Positions 30,601 through 39,703 are shown, counted from the stretch's first letter. The stretch: DNA of 64,000 bases from a bacterium (GCA_963675755.2 CAXXMD010000003.1:2656001-2720000); one strand, 5' to 3'. Made by a program: numbers and translations. The notes: generated by a model not told the origin, from the letters alone.

Positions 30601-31414
30601 GGGACGAACACTGAAAGGATTGGCTTTTACACGGTATAATGTGAAAAACACATTTATAACCAAAGCCCCTGAACTGCTTGTTATTGATCTTTCCATGCCC
30701 GACCTGATCTCGCCACAAGGCGAGCTGCTCAAAGTACCTGTCCAATTGAATTCTAACGTATTCGGACGGGAAATACAGGGATTTCAGGGATATATTTCCT
30801 ATAATCCGGATGTGATCAGCCCATACGAAGAGGCCATTCTTGAAGGTACCCTTTGTAGTGAAAATTGGAAAGTCATTGTCAAGGAAACGGAGAAAGGAAT
30901 GATTGAAGTTACCGGTGAGGGCAAGTACCTGAGCGAGCAGGGAATATTGCTCATATTGCCTTTCAAAGTGGTGGGTGAAAAACCGGGTTATTCGGATTTG
31001 ATATTTAAAAAATGGACATTCCTGGGGGGCGAAGGCGATTATGAAGTAGAGTTGACAGATGGCAGTTTTAAAGTAGGCCAGATACTGATGCCGGATGTGC
31101 CAACTGACGTTAAGAAAGATCATTCTGCAATTCCAGAGCACTATGCCTTACAGTTCAACTATCCAAATCCATTTAATCCTGTTACCAATATTCAATATGA
31201 TCTGCCGGAAAACACAAATGTGAATTTAACTGTATATAATATTCTGGGACAACAAGTAAAACAACTCATTGAACGTTATCATACAGCCGGGTATTATACC
31301 CTGCAATGGGACGGTACCGATGCGTTTGGAAGATCCGTTTCAAGCGGGCTCTATTTTTATCGTCTCAAGACTGATGGTTTTGTGGATGTTAAAAAGATGT
31401 TTTTATTAAAATAA
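27635..31414 (+). CDS. Secreted S8 serine peptidase with vWA, choice-of-anchor-X-like and cohesin-like domains and a FlgD-Ig/T9SS-type C-terminal domain
   Basis: Catalytic triad IDTG / HGTACAG / GTSGATPH; MIDAS DRSGS, T, MSDG; LYDDG.HGD...DGVF; NYPNPFNPVT C-terminal domain; GGAGG RBS before ATG 27635. Confidence 0.88.
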   Translation: MKTHNIILLQIICLCFLVTSTPLFSQTTQVNSDHAAYYDKVFHRQYIFTPVDNKIMIKFAENNRQFRSVKQSVIQSYDLNTEHEAIERYRYGVYVLPGGSTVSAIHDQLKHDPNVKASCPLMVDQDGYERYFIPDEFTVQFNKNMSRDEMLQIIDDYGCKVVKQQWTYGYYTLSVPPGHELFETIRAFIAMDQTMFAELSFIGFNDYCFDPDDTQYTQQWALNNTGAGGGDADADIDAREAWDIERGDPDVLVVVIDTGIEWDHPDLRENVAQNLGEDSDGDGRTMQQVGGNWVRDPGDLNGVDDDGNGLIDDLFGWDFADDDNDPTPQALTATDDSYPHGTACAGIAAAVTDNNLGVAGIAHNCRLMGLRVNLTSGMNQNRADAINYAVDMAANYDAVVLSCSWVASGTMTALQNAVINARNNNVLPCFASGNGNTTPIRYPARYAQTLAVGATSECDERKSTTSCDGENWWGSNYGDSLNVSAPGVHLRTTDMVGADGYGGGDYIANMNGTSGATPHVAAAAALLWSYDPSLSVDEVQDILQQSADKVGGYDYSHAASMPGHSVELGYGRLNVDRALQMLMARTGAITDMLPDPLDLAISIDRSGSMITSKLDAVKNAASQVVWLMNIGDRLSVTMYDDLLDPVFPAAGGVIDITSSTTKEDAESAILSITRRGLTSIGGGLSYAQTQLSTITTPYYPQAIILMSDGMSNTAPWVFDTVPTIPALTDVYTIGFGTAGENVDEDSLRWIATQTGGTYLFAGADALFRTEETPLNFAASTGGLEIIKAYQASFNLANRRQIMELYGSALKEQFRDEILVDESVGDMRFSLLGDDYKGEYGLILTDPNGKEINPEVAEKEDLIDYIEGPSVRSYTVRHPEGGIWMMEGYATGSKYYISASGYSSLKTFLSLWRTSVCRPMLIRLRIIQQGEPIYNAEVTARVGFPNNEYTTIELYDDGEHGDGQLKDGVFANYFDNTCAAGSYSVETTTRGRTLKGLAFTRYNVKNTFITKAPELLVIDLSMPDLISPQGELLKVPVQLNSNVFGREIQGFQGYISYNPDVISPYEEAILEGTLCSENWKVIVKETEKGMIEVTGEGKYLSEQGILLILPFKVVGEKPGYSDLIFKKWTFLGGEGDYEVELTDGSFKVGQILMPDVPTDVKKDHSAIPEHYALQFNYPNPFNPVTNIQYDLPENTNVNLTVYNILGQQVKQLIERYHTAGYYTLQWDGTDAFGRSVSSGLYFYRLKTDGFVDVKKMFLLK

Positions 31415-31421
31415 GTTAGAA

Positions 31422-31449
31422 TAACCGGGAGGCTAACGTCTCCCGGTTA
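31422..31449. terminator. Terminator hairpin between the convergent peptidase and MarR genes
   Basis: TAACCGGGAG-gctaacgt-CTCCCGGTTA. Confidence 0.7.
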
Positions 31450-31520
31450 AAACTGGATTTAAGATATTTGAAAATAATGCAATATTTCCGGACTCTCGTA
31501 TTGAGCGGGGAGAATTCAAG

Positions 31521-31963
31521 TTACGGTTCTATCTCTTTTAAATTGTCAAAGATACGTTTCAACATGCTTTCAAAAATATCCATTTCATTTTCTGAGAATC
31601 CTTTGTAGTAGAGGGATGTCATTTCTTTGAAACTGCCACATATTGTTTTTGAAAGGATTTGTCTTTTTCAGTGCGCCAGATACAGATTTTGCGTCTGTCG
31701 ATGTCCGACGGTTCTCTTTTGATAAAACCGGTCTGTTCCAGCCGGTCCAGCATACTGGTTAGAGTGGATTTACTCAACGAGGTTTCTTTTGCCAGCTCGT
31801 TGATGGGAATACCATCGTTCTGCCACAGCACAAACATGATTCTGCCCTGGGCGGGATTAATTTCATTCACGCCATAATCTTTGAGCATGCGCGCAAAAAT
31901 ACGCCCTGATAGCTGATGGATCTTTGATATGTAAAATCCCCCTTTGCTGTTTTTACTCAACAA
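31521..31963 (-). CDS. MarR family transcriptional regulator, apparent 1-nt deletion near 31627
   Basis: AQGRIMFVLW...ELA..TLTSMLDRLE..GFI.R...DRR; adding one A extends it with KEMTSLYYKGFSENEMDIFESMLKRIFDNLKEIEP*, a typical MarR C-terminus. Confidence 0.85.
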
Positions 31964-31975
31964 AAACTCCTGTTC

Positions 31976-32437
31976 TTAAATTTTGAATTCAAATTTATCT
32001 GTCTGATACCAGCCTCTGGCGAGCGTGGGTTTTACCTCTAAAATCGTATAATCCGAACCTTGCAGACCTCCCTCGTAAAACTGGATCCAGTCATCCTGCC
32101 AGAGTTTAATTCTCAAATCCTCATCATTCATAACTTTGATTGTTCCGAGCAGGGACAAACCGTGCGTTTCCGGGAAACTGCAATAATAGAGACACACCTG
32201 TGGGTTCTTTTGGATCTGGTCCATTTTGAGCGAGAGTCGGTTGGTGGACATGTAGGTGATAAATTCATTTTCCTGTGATTTGAAAAAATCTGCCAGTCTT
32301 GCAAATTGATCAAGATTATGCAGGTTACCCATAGCACGGGTTTGTGGACAGTTGTTCTCGTCTACTGTGGATACATAGACCAGATCTGCATTCTGCATGA
32401 GCTGTATGCACGCTTTTTTTATGGTTTGTTGGTTCAT
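31976..32437 (-). CDS. Pyridoxamine 5'-phosphate oxidase-like FMN-binding protein (general stress protein 26 type)
   Basis: STVD..CPQTRAM, STN..S.K..QI.KNP.VCLY, LWQD.W. Confidence 0.8.
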   Translation of the reverse strand: MNQQTIKKACIQLMQNADLVYVSTVDENNCPQTRAMGNLHNLDQFARLADFFKSQENEFITYMSTNRLSLKMDQIQKNPQVCLYYCSFPETHGLSLLGTIKVMNDEDLRIKLWQDDWIQFYEGGLQGSDYTILEVKPTLARGWYQTDKFEFKI

Positions 32438-32482
32438 TTCATTCCTCTCGAATCAGTTAGCAAGTTTGATATTTTACCAAGT

Positions 32483-33517
32483 TTATTTTATAAACAATCC
32501 CGCGCCCAGATCAGAGCCCGGGGTTCCTTCTTCCACTTGCAGATATTGTTGAGGTATTCCCATATCCAGGCCCGCGCCTTTGACCAGCTTGATCTCTCCG
32601 GATTTTGTTATGTTTTGTTCAATATAGGGCATGTCTGCCCCCGACTCGCTCAGTTCAAAATTGGGACCGCTAAATCCTGAAAAGAATTCGAAATTGTTGA
32701 TGATACAATCCCTGATTTTGTATGTTTTTTTATTGTCGTCATTGCGCATAAAGGCGTATTGACACCGTGTAATGATATTGTGATGGAATTCAAAATCCTC
32801 TCCGGTCTGGCAGAGCCACACGCCGGAAACGTATCCACCGTCAATAATGCAGTGGGTCATGCTGTTGTTTTTGCTTATGCCGCCATCCGCGTTCCAGAAT
32901 ACAACGGCGTTGGCGCAATCGTAAAACACACAGTGATCAATTTGAAGACCGTGGCCATGCACAATGATTGCCACATTCGAGCTGGTTACATACTGACTGC
33001 AGAGAAACATGCATTGCGTAACCACCAGGTCGTCAAGACTTTTACCCAGCCGGTAAACAGGATAATACATGACACCGGGAATGGGTGTGCCGATGAATTT
33101 TAATCCGCGTATCTTGACATGGTCCATTTCTACCTTGAATCCCGATGTTTCAATGTATTTGGCGTTTTCAGGCACAACCGGATTGAGCGTGGATACAATG
33201 ATGGGCATGTCGTTGGGCTTCCAATTGGGATCGTCCGGCAGGATGGCCGCTTCGATGGTCAATGGATTGTCTGACGAGTACCCGGCTTTGCTATTGATAC
33301 TGCATTCTTTATCCAGAGAATAGAGTCCCGGTGCGATTTTGATGGCCGCCGGTGTATCCGCGGTGTTGAGTACATCCACCGCTTTTTGGATGGTTTTAAA
33401 AGGCAGATCGCTGCTGCCAGGATTGGTATCGCTGCCGGTTTTTATGTCTACATAAAGATCACCGGCAACGGATGAACCGGCAAGACAGAGCAGAATGGTA
33501 ATGATTAAGGTTTTCAT
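32483..33517 (-). CDS. Secreted right-handed beta-helix (DUF1565/pectin-lyase-like) protein
   Basis: Signal peptide; YV....GSD.NPGS...PFKTIQKA and IAPGLY; Cys-containing beta-helix repeats. Confidence 0.7.
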   Translation of the reverse strand: MKTLIITILLCLAGSSVAGDLYVDIKTGSDTNPGSSDLPFKTIQKAVDVLNTADTPAAIKIAPGLYSLDKECSINSKAGYSSDNPLTIEAAILPDDPNWKPNDMPIIVSTLNPVVPENAKYIETSGFKVEMDHVKIRGLKFIGTPIPGVMYYPVYRLGKSLDDLVVTQCMFLCSQYVTSSNVAIIVHGHGLQIDHCVFYDCANAVVFWNADGGISKNNSMTHCIIDGGYVSGVWLCQTGEDFEFHHNIITRCQYAFMRNDDNKKTYKIRDCIINNFEFFSGFSGPNFELSESGADMPYIEQNITKSGEIKLVKGAGLDMGIPQQYLQVEEGTPGSDLGAGLFIK

Positions 33518-33552
33518 TTTATGCCTCTGATTAGTATTGAAATGTTCTATAT

Positions 33553-33581
33553 AATATAGTACGATATAGTACTAATTGCAA
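33553..33581 (-). promoter_or_regulatory. sigma70-like promoter with an overlapping palindromic operator (candidate MarR site)
   Basis: Minus strand TTGCAA-17 nt-TATATT; inverted repeat TAGTAC-n6-GTACTA (33557-33574) fills the spacer; the downstream three-gene run ends in marR. Confidence 0.6.
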
Positions 33582-33590
33582 GAGATTTTT

Positions 33591-33618
33591 ACGTGAGACG
33601 GCAAACGTAAGACGTGAG
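33591..33618. repeat. Degenerate heptamer tandem repeat (ACGTGAG-like x4)
   Basis: acgtgag acggcaa acgtaag acgtgag. Confidence 0.5.
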
Positions 33619-33727
33619 ATTTGTGTAAAAAAGAAGCGTTTTTTTGTGGACTGTAAAGTGGAAATGGCCAAAAAGGAGAATAAAATCATATCAAATACTC
33701 GTTAATTCGGACATAAATCAGTTCCCA

Positions 33728-33778
33728 TCCGTGTTCATCTGCGCGTGTTCGCCTACTGGCGAATATATCTGTGGTTAA
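33728..33778 (+). repeat. ATCYGYG-periodic intergenic repeat copy with an inserted hairpin
   Basis: atccgtgttc atctgcg..[gttcgcc-tact-ggcgaat]..atctgtggtt. Confidence 0.5.
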
Positions 33779-33862
33779 TATTTTTGTTTTTCCCCCTTGC
33801 CATTCCCCGATCTTTTCCTATATTACAGATAAAAATAGTATTGAAAAAAGAGGGACCCATTC

Positions 33863-35365
33863 ATGGACCGACGTCGTTTTATCAAATCCTGTGCTGTGGG
33901 ACTGGGGGCTTTGGGTAGTGGTTATTTATCCGGTTGCGGTAAATCCGGAAAAAGCGAGCTGCCGAACATTGTAGTGATTCTGGCGGATGATATGGGGTAT
34001 GGCGACATCCACGCTTATAATCCCGAATCCAGAATCCCAACGCCGAATTTGGATGGTCTGGCGGCTGACGGAGTGCGCTTTACCGATGCCCATTCCGGTT
34101 CATCGGTGTGCACACCCACGCGTTATGGATTGCTTACCGGCCGTTATGCCTGGCGCACCTGGCTGAAAAAGGGAGTACTGTTCCCACCCAAAGACAAGCC
34201 GCTTATAGACACAGACCGCCTGACCGTAGCGGGACTGCTAAAAAAACAGGGCTACATGACTGATATGGTGGGCAAATGGCACTTGGGTTTCGGTTGGGCA
34301 AAAGACGAGCAGGGAGAGGTGGATTTTAACAAGCCGCTCAACTATGGGCCCACCGATTCAGGATTTGACAGCTTTTTCGGTATTGCCGGTTCACTGGATA
34401 TGATACCTTATGGATTTTATAAAGATCATGAACCGTATCAGCCATTTACCAGAGAGCAGCCCGAACTGAAATTCCCCCATTTTGTACGCAAGGGCCCCAA
34501 AGCCGAGGGCTTTGAACCGGTGAATGCCCTTGATGATCTGACAAAACAGGCGGTTTCCGTGATTGAAAAACGGGCTGCGGACAGATCGCCATTCTTTTTA
34601 TATTTTGCCATGACTGCACCGCATAAACCGGCGTGGCCGCATAAACGTTTTGAAGGCAAAACCGGACTCGGTCCCTATGCGGATTTTGTACACCAGACCG
34701 ACTGGACCGTTGGCCAGGTGCTGGACGCGCTGGAGCGAACCGGCACAGCCGATAACACACTGGTGATTTATACCAGTGATAATGGTTCGTATATGTATCG
34801 ACGCGAAGCAGGCGGTATCGATCATGTGACCATACCCACCAACCAGGGCTACAGTCCTGAAAACCACAAACCAAATGGCGACTGGCGCGGTACCAAGGCT
34901 GATGTTTGGGAAGGAGGACACCGGGTGCCCTTTATTGTACGCTGGCCGGGCAAAGCCGCTGCCAATTCAACCTGTAAAAAGATCGTCTGTCTGACCGATA
35001 TTATGGCAACCTGCGCCGAGGCCGCGGGCATCGCTTTGCCGGATTCGGCGGGAGAAGACAGCTTTAGCCTGGTGCCGCTGGTGCAGGGCAAGGACTGGTC
35101 TGTTCCGCGTGCTCCGGTGATCAATCACTCTATTGACGGCATGTTTGCGGTAAGAGACGGACGCTGGAAAATGGTGTTTGGCAATGGTTCCGGAGGGCGT
35201 GAAAAACCCAAAGGCGAGCCCTTTGGTGAACCGTATGTTCTGTACGATCTGGCAAACGATCCGGGCGAGACCACCAATGTGCTCCATCAGCACCCGGATA
35301 TTGCGCAGCAACTGACATCCATATTGCAGCGCATACGCCAGAGCGGTGGGAGCAAGCATATATAA
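33863..35365 (+). CDS. Arylsulfatase, Tat-exported (possibly a lipoprotein)
   Basis: MDRRRFIK leader, PNIVVILADDMGYGD, CTPTR, GKWHLG, SDNG, EGGHRVP. Confidence 0.92.
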   Translation: MDRRRFIKSCAVGLGALGSGYLSGCGKSGKSELPNIVVILADDMGYGDIHAYNPESRIPTPNLDGLAADGVRFTDAHSGSSVCTPTRYGLLTGRYAWRTWLKKGVLFPPKDKPLIDTDRLTVAGLLKKQGYMTDMVGKWHLGFGWAKDEQGEVDFNKPLNYGPTDSGFDSFFGIAGSLDMIPYGFYKDHEPYQPFTREQPELKFPHFVRKGPKAEGFEPVNALDDLTKQAVSVIEKRAADRSPFFLYFAMTAPHKPAWPHKRFEGKTGLGPYADFVHQTDWTVGQVLDALERTGTADNTLVIYTSDNGSYMYRREAGGIDHVTIPTNQGYSPENHKPNGDWRGTKADVWEGGHRVPFIVRWPGKAAANSTCKKIVCLTDIMATCAEAAGIALPDSAGEDSFSLVPLVQGKDWSVPRAPVINHSIDGMFAVRDGRWKMVFGNGSGGREKPKGEPFGEPYVLYDLANDPGETTNVLHQHPDIAQQLTSILQRIRQSGGSKHI

Positions 35366-35451
35366 TATTTGATTTTGGATTGGGATTTTGATGTGGATTT
35401 GCGGGACATATGATCCAGTATGATATTTTGCAATGCAGTAAATAATAATTT

Positions 35452-35601
35452 AGCCACAGATCAACACGGATTGGTTTTCTTGTTGTTTCTGAGATGATTG
35501 ATATATTAAATTATAAATTTATTATTTCAAGAAATATAAATTGAATCCATGATCAATACCTGTAAAAAATCTGTGCAGATCTGCGTGAATCCGTGGCTGA
35601 T
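35452..35601. repeat. Inverted pair of ATCYGYG-periodic repeats (MITE/REP-like unit)
   Basis: agccacagatcaacacggat (35452-35471) is an imperfect reverse complement of atctgcgtgaatccgtggct (35579-35598). Confidence 0.6.
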
Positions 35602-35776
35602 CAAGTTTTCGAACAGTGGAATGCTGCGCTGGTGATATAAATTATGATTTGAAATGGGGATTATGAAATACGGACCAGAATTTTATTGCTTTTGGGCCGT
35701 ATTTCTTTTATTATTAGAAAAGAACTGCTCGGGGAAGTAATACCAGCAAATGTAGCTCATTCTATTTGGAGGGGAC

Positions 35777-36985
35777 ATGAAAAAACTACTTTTAGTATTG
35801 TTCTTGTCTACAAGTATATGCATGGGGAAAAATTATCGTTTTTTTAATATGCAGAATATAGGAGGTACCCGTTCCTATGCAATGGGAGGATGTTTCACCG
35901 CGTCCAATTATGGAATAGAATCCATGCTGGGGAATCCTGCGGGTTTGACTAGAGTTAAAAGTATACAAATTATGGCAAGCGGTCGTTCGTTTATTTCTGG
36001 TAGTGAAGACTATGAAGACCATGTTAAGGAGGGAACAGCCGCTCCTCAAGCTACCCATGAAACTGAGGTTGTACATAAATTTTACAATGGGGCAGTTGCA
36101 TTTCCAATATTCTCAGAAATGAATAAGAAAATTGTTGGGGTGGTTGGGTATCGAAATTTTTATGATTTATCTTTTAAAACAAATATCTCTACAAAATATA
36201 ATATTGTACCACCACGTGAGCGACAAACAATCCGGGAATACAATGGCTTGTTAAATGTGGTTACCCTGGGAACAGGTATTCAGCTTGATGAAAAGGTGAG
36301 TTTCGGATTGATGTACAATTTGCCAGTAAATACAGAATACCGGTCAGTGATTGAACAGGTTTATCCAGGCAGCAGGCGTGTTGGGCTTTACAAAAATATA
36401 GAAACAGCAGATGTTTCAGGAAATGGTTTTTTTCAGGCGGGCGTGCAGATCCGGCCTGTACCGCGCTTGACGCTGGGAGCCATGTATATAACGAGCCATT
36501 CCATAGAGTATAAACGCAGGATTGAAAAAAAATACGATATTGAAAATAGTCTGGATGATTATGAAAAGCAATTCCCCCGATACTGGAGTGTGGGTGGTCA
36601 GTATAATCTGTTTGATAATCTGTTATTTACTTTGGATGTTAAAAGTTTTGATTGGGCGGATTTTTATAACAAAGATTATTATGAAACCGGGAAAACATGT
36701 CATTTGGGTGCAGAGTTTGTAAAGTTTGCCAAGTGGAGAGTTGGGTATTATACCTCTGATTTACCTATGGGGATTTCCAGCAGTGATCCTTTTGAAAAGC
36801 ATGGTGTGAGTGCTGGTTTGGGATATGGTTATAAAGGATTGACGCTAAATTTAGCTGCAGTGTATCGTAAACTGGAATATGATGCTGTAATTGAACAAAG
36901 CCTTTATGATCCGGTTGATGCAGATGATCAGAATTATGAGATGCATGATTATTTGTTGCTTGCATCCTGCATTTATAATTTTTAA
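35777..36985 (+). CDS. FadL/OmpP1/PorV-like outer-membrane beta-barrel, copy 1
   Basis: Signal peptide; GGTRSYAMGG..NPAGL plug motif; amphipathic strands; C-terminal Phe. Confidence 0.75.
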   Translation: MKKLLLVLFLSTSICMGKNYRFFNMQNIGGTRSYAMGGCFTASNYGIESMLGNPAGLTRVKSIQIMASGRSFISGSEDYEDHVKEGTAAPQATHETEVVHKFYNGAVAFPIFSEMNKKIVGVVGYRNFYDLSFKTNISTKYNIVPPRERQTIREYNGLLNVVTLGTGIQLDEKVSFGLMYNLPVNTEYRSVIEQVYPGSRRVGLYKNIETADVSGNGFFQAGVQIRPVPRLTLGAMYITSHSIEYKRRIEKKYDIENSLDDYEKQFPRYWSVGGQYNLFDNLLFTLDVKSFDWADFYNKDYYETGKTCHLGAEFVKFAKWRVGYYTSDLPMGISSSDPFEKHGVSAGLGYGYKGLTLNLAAVYRKLEYDAVIEQSLYDPVDADDQNYEMHDYLLLASCIYNF

Positions 36986-37000
36986 TTGTTGAGAGTGAAT

Positions 37001-38211
37001 GTGAAAAAAATAATTTTTGTATTGTGTTGTTCTATGAGTTTGTGCATGGGGCAAAATTATCGTTATTTTAATATGCAGAATATAGGCGGTACCCGTGCAT
37101 ATGCAATGGGGGGGATGTTTTCACCGCGTCAAATTATGGAATCGAGTCCATGCTGGGGAACCCGGCAGGATTGACAACAATTGATAACCTACAAATCATG
37201 GCAAGTGGTCGTTCGTTTTTAGGAATAGATGAAGGCTATAATAAAGAGGGTGGATCCTATTCACCAGAAACAACTACTGAATCTTTGATTGATAATAAAT
37301 TCTATAATGCTGCAATTGCCTTCCCAATTAAAACAGATAATAACAAGAAAATTGTCGGGGTGATCGGGTATAGAAGCTATTATGACATTTCTTTCAAAAC
37401 AAGTACAACTAGTGAACAAACTGAATTTTCCAACCAAAGGCATAGGACCCTAGAGTATGATGGATTGTTAAATGTCGTTACCATTGGAACAGGAATACAG
37501 CTTGATGAAAAGGTAAAAATCGGGTTGTTATACAATGTCCCGGTAAATACTAAATACAAAATGGTGTCTGAGGATATTTATCAATACATCAGACTTGTTG
37601 GAAATAATAAAATCCTAAAAACAGCGGATGTTTCCGGTAGCAATTTTTTCCAGTTGGGTGTGCAGATCAGACCCATGCGACGATTGACCATTGGTGCTAT
37701 ATATATAATGGAACATTCTGTTGAACAAAAAAGCAGGGTTGAAATAGGGAATCATATCAAAGCTATCCTGGATGATAAGATATTGGAATTCCCTTATTTT
37801 TGGAGTGTGGGAGTACAATATCAACTGCCTTCTAAACTGATTTTAACCGTAGAAATGCAAAATTTTTCATGGGATGATTATTTGGTCCGTACGTATTACG
37901 AGACGGGTAACTCTTATCATATTGGCGCCGAGTATGAAAAAATATTAAAATGGAGGCTTGGATATTCTACAACCCGATTACCCTTTGATGATTCCAAGAA
38001 CAAGCCCTTTGATACCTATGGTATAACCGGAGGCGCGGGATACACATTCAAAGACCTCAGTTTTAACCTAAGCGCATTATACCGAATCATAAAATCTGAA
38101 GGTAATGAATATTCTCAATATGGATACGCCGTGATTGATTATGGAGAATATCACTATTATAATCATGATCTCCTTGTATATGCATCCTGCATTTACAATT
38201 TTGATTTTTAA
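37001..38211 (+). pseudogene. FadL/OmpP1/PorV-like beta-barrel, copy 2, frameshifted at the G7/T4 runs (real pseudogene or sequencing error)
   Basis: ORF 36986-37174 gives the signal peptide and GGTRAYAMG; ORF 37150-38211 continues the homology with copy 1; removing one G (37108-37114) and one T (37118-37121) restores MGGCFTASNYGIESMLGNPAG. Confidence 0.7.
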
Positions 38212-38228
38212 TTGTTTTGGGGGGATAA

Positions 38229-39467
38229 ATGAAAAAAATACTGGTTGTTTTCTTGCTCACCACGTCCGTAACTTTTGCACAAATTTATCAGTTGCTGAAT
38301 TCACCGGTTAATGGTGGTACACGTGCCTTTGCCATGGGGGGATGTTTTACTGCCACAAACGTGGGGATTGAATCCATGTTGGGGAATCCGGCAGGATTGG
38401 TTGATATGTCCCAATTTCAGGTTCTGATAAATGGCCGGTTTACGGTTACCGGTAATGAGACATATAATGATGAATATTATCGACAGGTGGGTTACAAGGA
38501 TTTTTCCGCATCATACAATTCGCAATTCAGGCCCTTAACCCTGGCAATTGCAGTTCCATTTGTTCTGCCTAAATTAAATGTAAACATGACCGGTGCTGTG
38601 GGATATCGCTGTTATTATGACTGGAATTATGATATTGAAAAAAATATCACGGCTATGCGAAATAGAAAATCTGTTTATCAAATCGAGCACAGGGGATTGC
38701 TCAACGTATTGACAATGGGACTGGGCATGCAAATATCAGAACGTGTTCAGTTTGGAATTCTGTATAACGAGCCTATGAATTCCAAATGGGAAAATACCAC
38801 AGAGGAAATATTTAGAGATACAAAATCAGTGTCCGGGAACCGGGCAGATATTTACGCAAACAATTTTTTCCAATTTGGCGGACTGTTTCATATTACGGAC
38901 CGCTTTTCTGTTGGTGCTGCCTATTATACGGGACACACTCTTGAATACAAGAATTTCGAGTGGAAAGCAAATGATGGAATCTATTATCCTCCCGAATATC
39001 CTTATGTGAAAAAATATGAATTTCCGCAATTTTGGAGCCTGGGTTTTAAAGCGGATTTGGATAAACGTATGATGGTTTCCGCTGAAATACAGAGCTTTCC
39101 CTGGGAAGACTATAAATACAAAAAATATGATATGAATTTTTTCAAGACTCCTATGGAAGTACATGCCGGATTGGAATTTCAACATGGCATACAATATCGT
39201 CTGGGAGCATATACAAACTTTTTTTTTCTACATCGGGATGAAATAGAATATGTTTCCAGATATGGCTTAACCGGTGGGGTAGGATTTGATGCAGGCGGAT
39301 TCAGTTTTGACGCCAGTGGTGTTTATCGAATCGTTGCGGATGAATCTCCGGTCAATGTTATTATCATGGAAGACGGTCCCGGCGGGTTTGATTTTGATTA
39401 CAGGATTAAAGAGTTTGTTTTATATCTGTCCTGTATTTATAGCTTTGATCTGGGTATTGGATTTTAA
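38229..39467 (+). CDS. FadL/OmpP1/PorV-like outer-membrane beta-barrel, copy 3
   Basis: GGTRAFAMGGCFTATNVGIESMLGNPAGL; shares the GLLNV.T.G.G.Q strand with copies 1 and 2; C-terminal Phe. Confidence 0.75.
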   Translation: MKKILVVFLLTTSVTFAQIYQLLNSPVNGGTRAFAMGGCFTATNVGIESMLGNPAGLVDMSQFQVLINGRFTVTGNETYNDEYYRQVGYKDFSASYNSQFRPLTLAIAVPFVLPKLNVNMTGAVGYRCYYDWNYDIEKNITAMRNRKSVYQIEHRGLLNVLTMGLGMQISERVQFGILYNEPMNSKWENTTEEIFRDTKSVSGNRADIYANNFFQFGGLFHITDRFSVGAAYYTGHTLEYKNFEWKANDGIYYPPEYPYVKKYEFPQFWSLGFKADLDKRMMVSAEIQSFPWEDYKYKKYDMNFFKTPMEVHAGLEFQHGIQYRLGAYTNFFFLHRDEIEYVSRYGLTGGVGFDAGGFSFDASGVYRIVADESPVNVIIMEDGPGGFDFDYRIKEFVLYLSCIYSFDLGIGF

Positions 39468-39536
39468 TAGAGCCAAGTCTGATTGAGATGTGATAGAGTT
39501 TGAAGAGTTTGTAAGACAAATGTCTCAATGAAGATT

Positions 39537-39567
39537 CCGTGATGTAGACATCTGCATCACGATCTGG
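39537..39567. repeat. REP-like palindrome, copy A
   Basis: ccgtgatgtagacatctgcatcacgatctgg, 30/31 identical to 40284-40314. Confidence 0.7.
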
Positions 39568-39580
39568 GGTCATTATTTTT

Positions 39581-39613
39581 ATCCGTGCAGATCTGTGTGA
39601 ATCCGTGGCTGAT
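39581..39613 (+). repeat. 33-bp direct repeat of 35569-35601
   Basis: atccgtgcagatctgtgtgaatccgtggctgat versus atctgtgcagatctgcgtgaatccgtggctgat (2 mismatches). Confidence 0.75.
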
Positions 39614-39703
39614 TAAAAAGTTTTTCCAGTTGGGTTGGGATTGACTGTTCTGATTTTATTTGTAGCGAGCCAGGGAACTCTTTTTTCAGTAAAATGATTT
39701 ATT

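Noticed and set aside
31619-31630. TGA read-through (selenocysteine) in marR
   Set aside because: The MarR-like continuation is in a different frame, so this is an indel rather than recoding
35777-39467. Diversity-generating retroelement acting on the barrel paralogues
   Set aside because: No reverse transcriptase and no TR/VR pair with adenine-specific differences; divergence is spread through the genes
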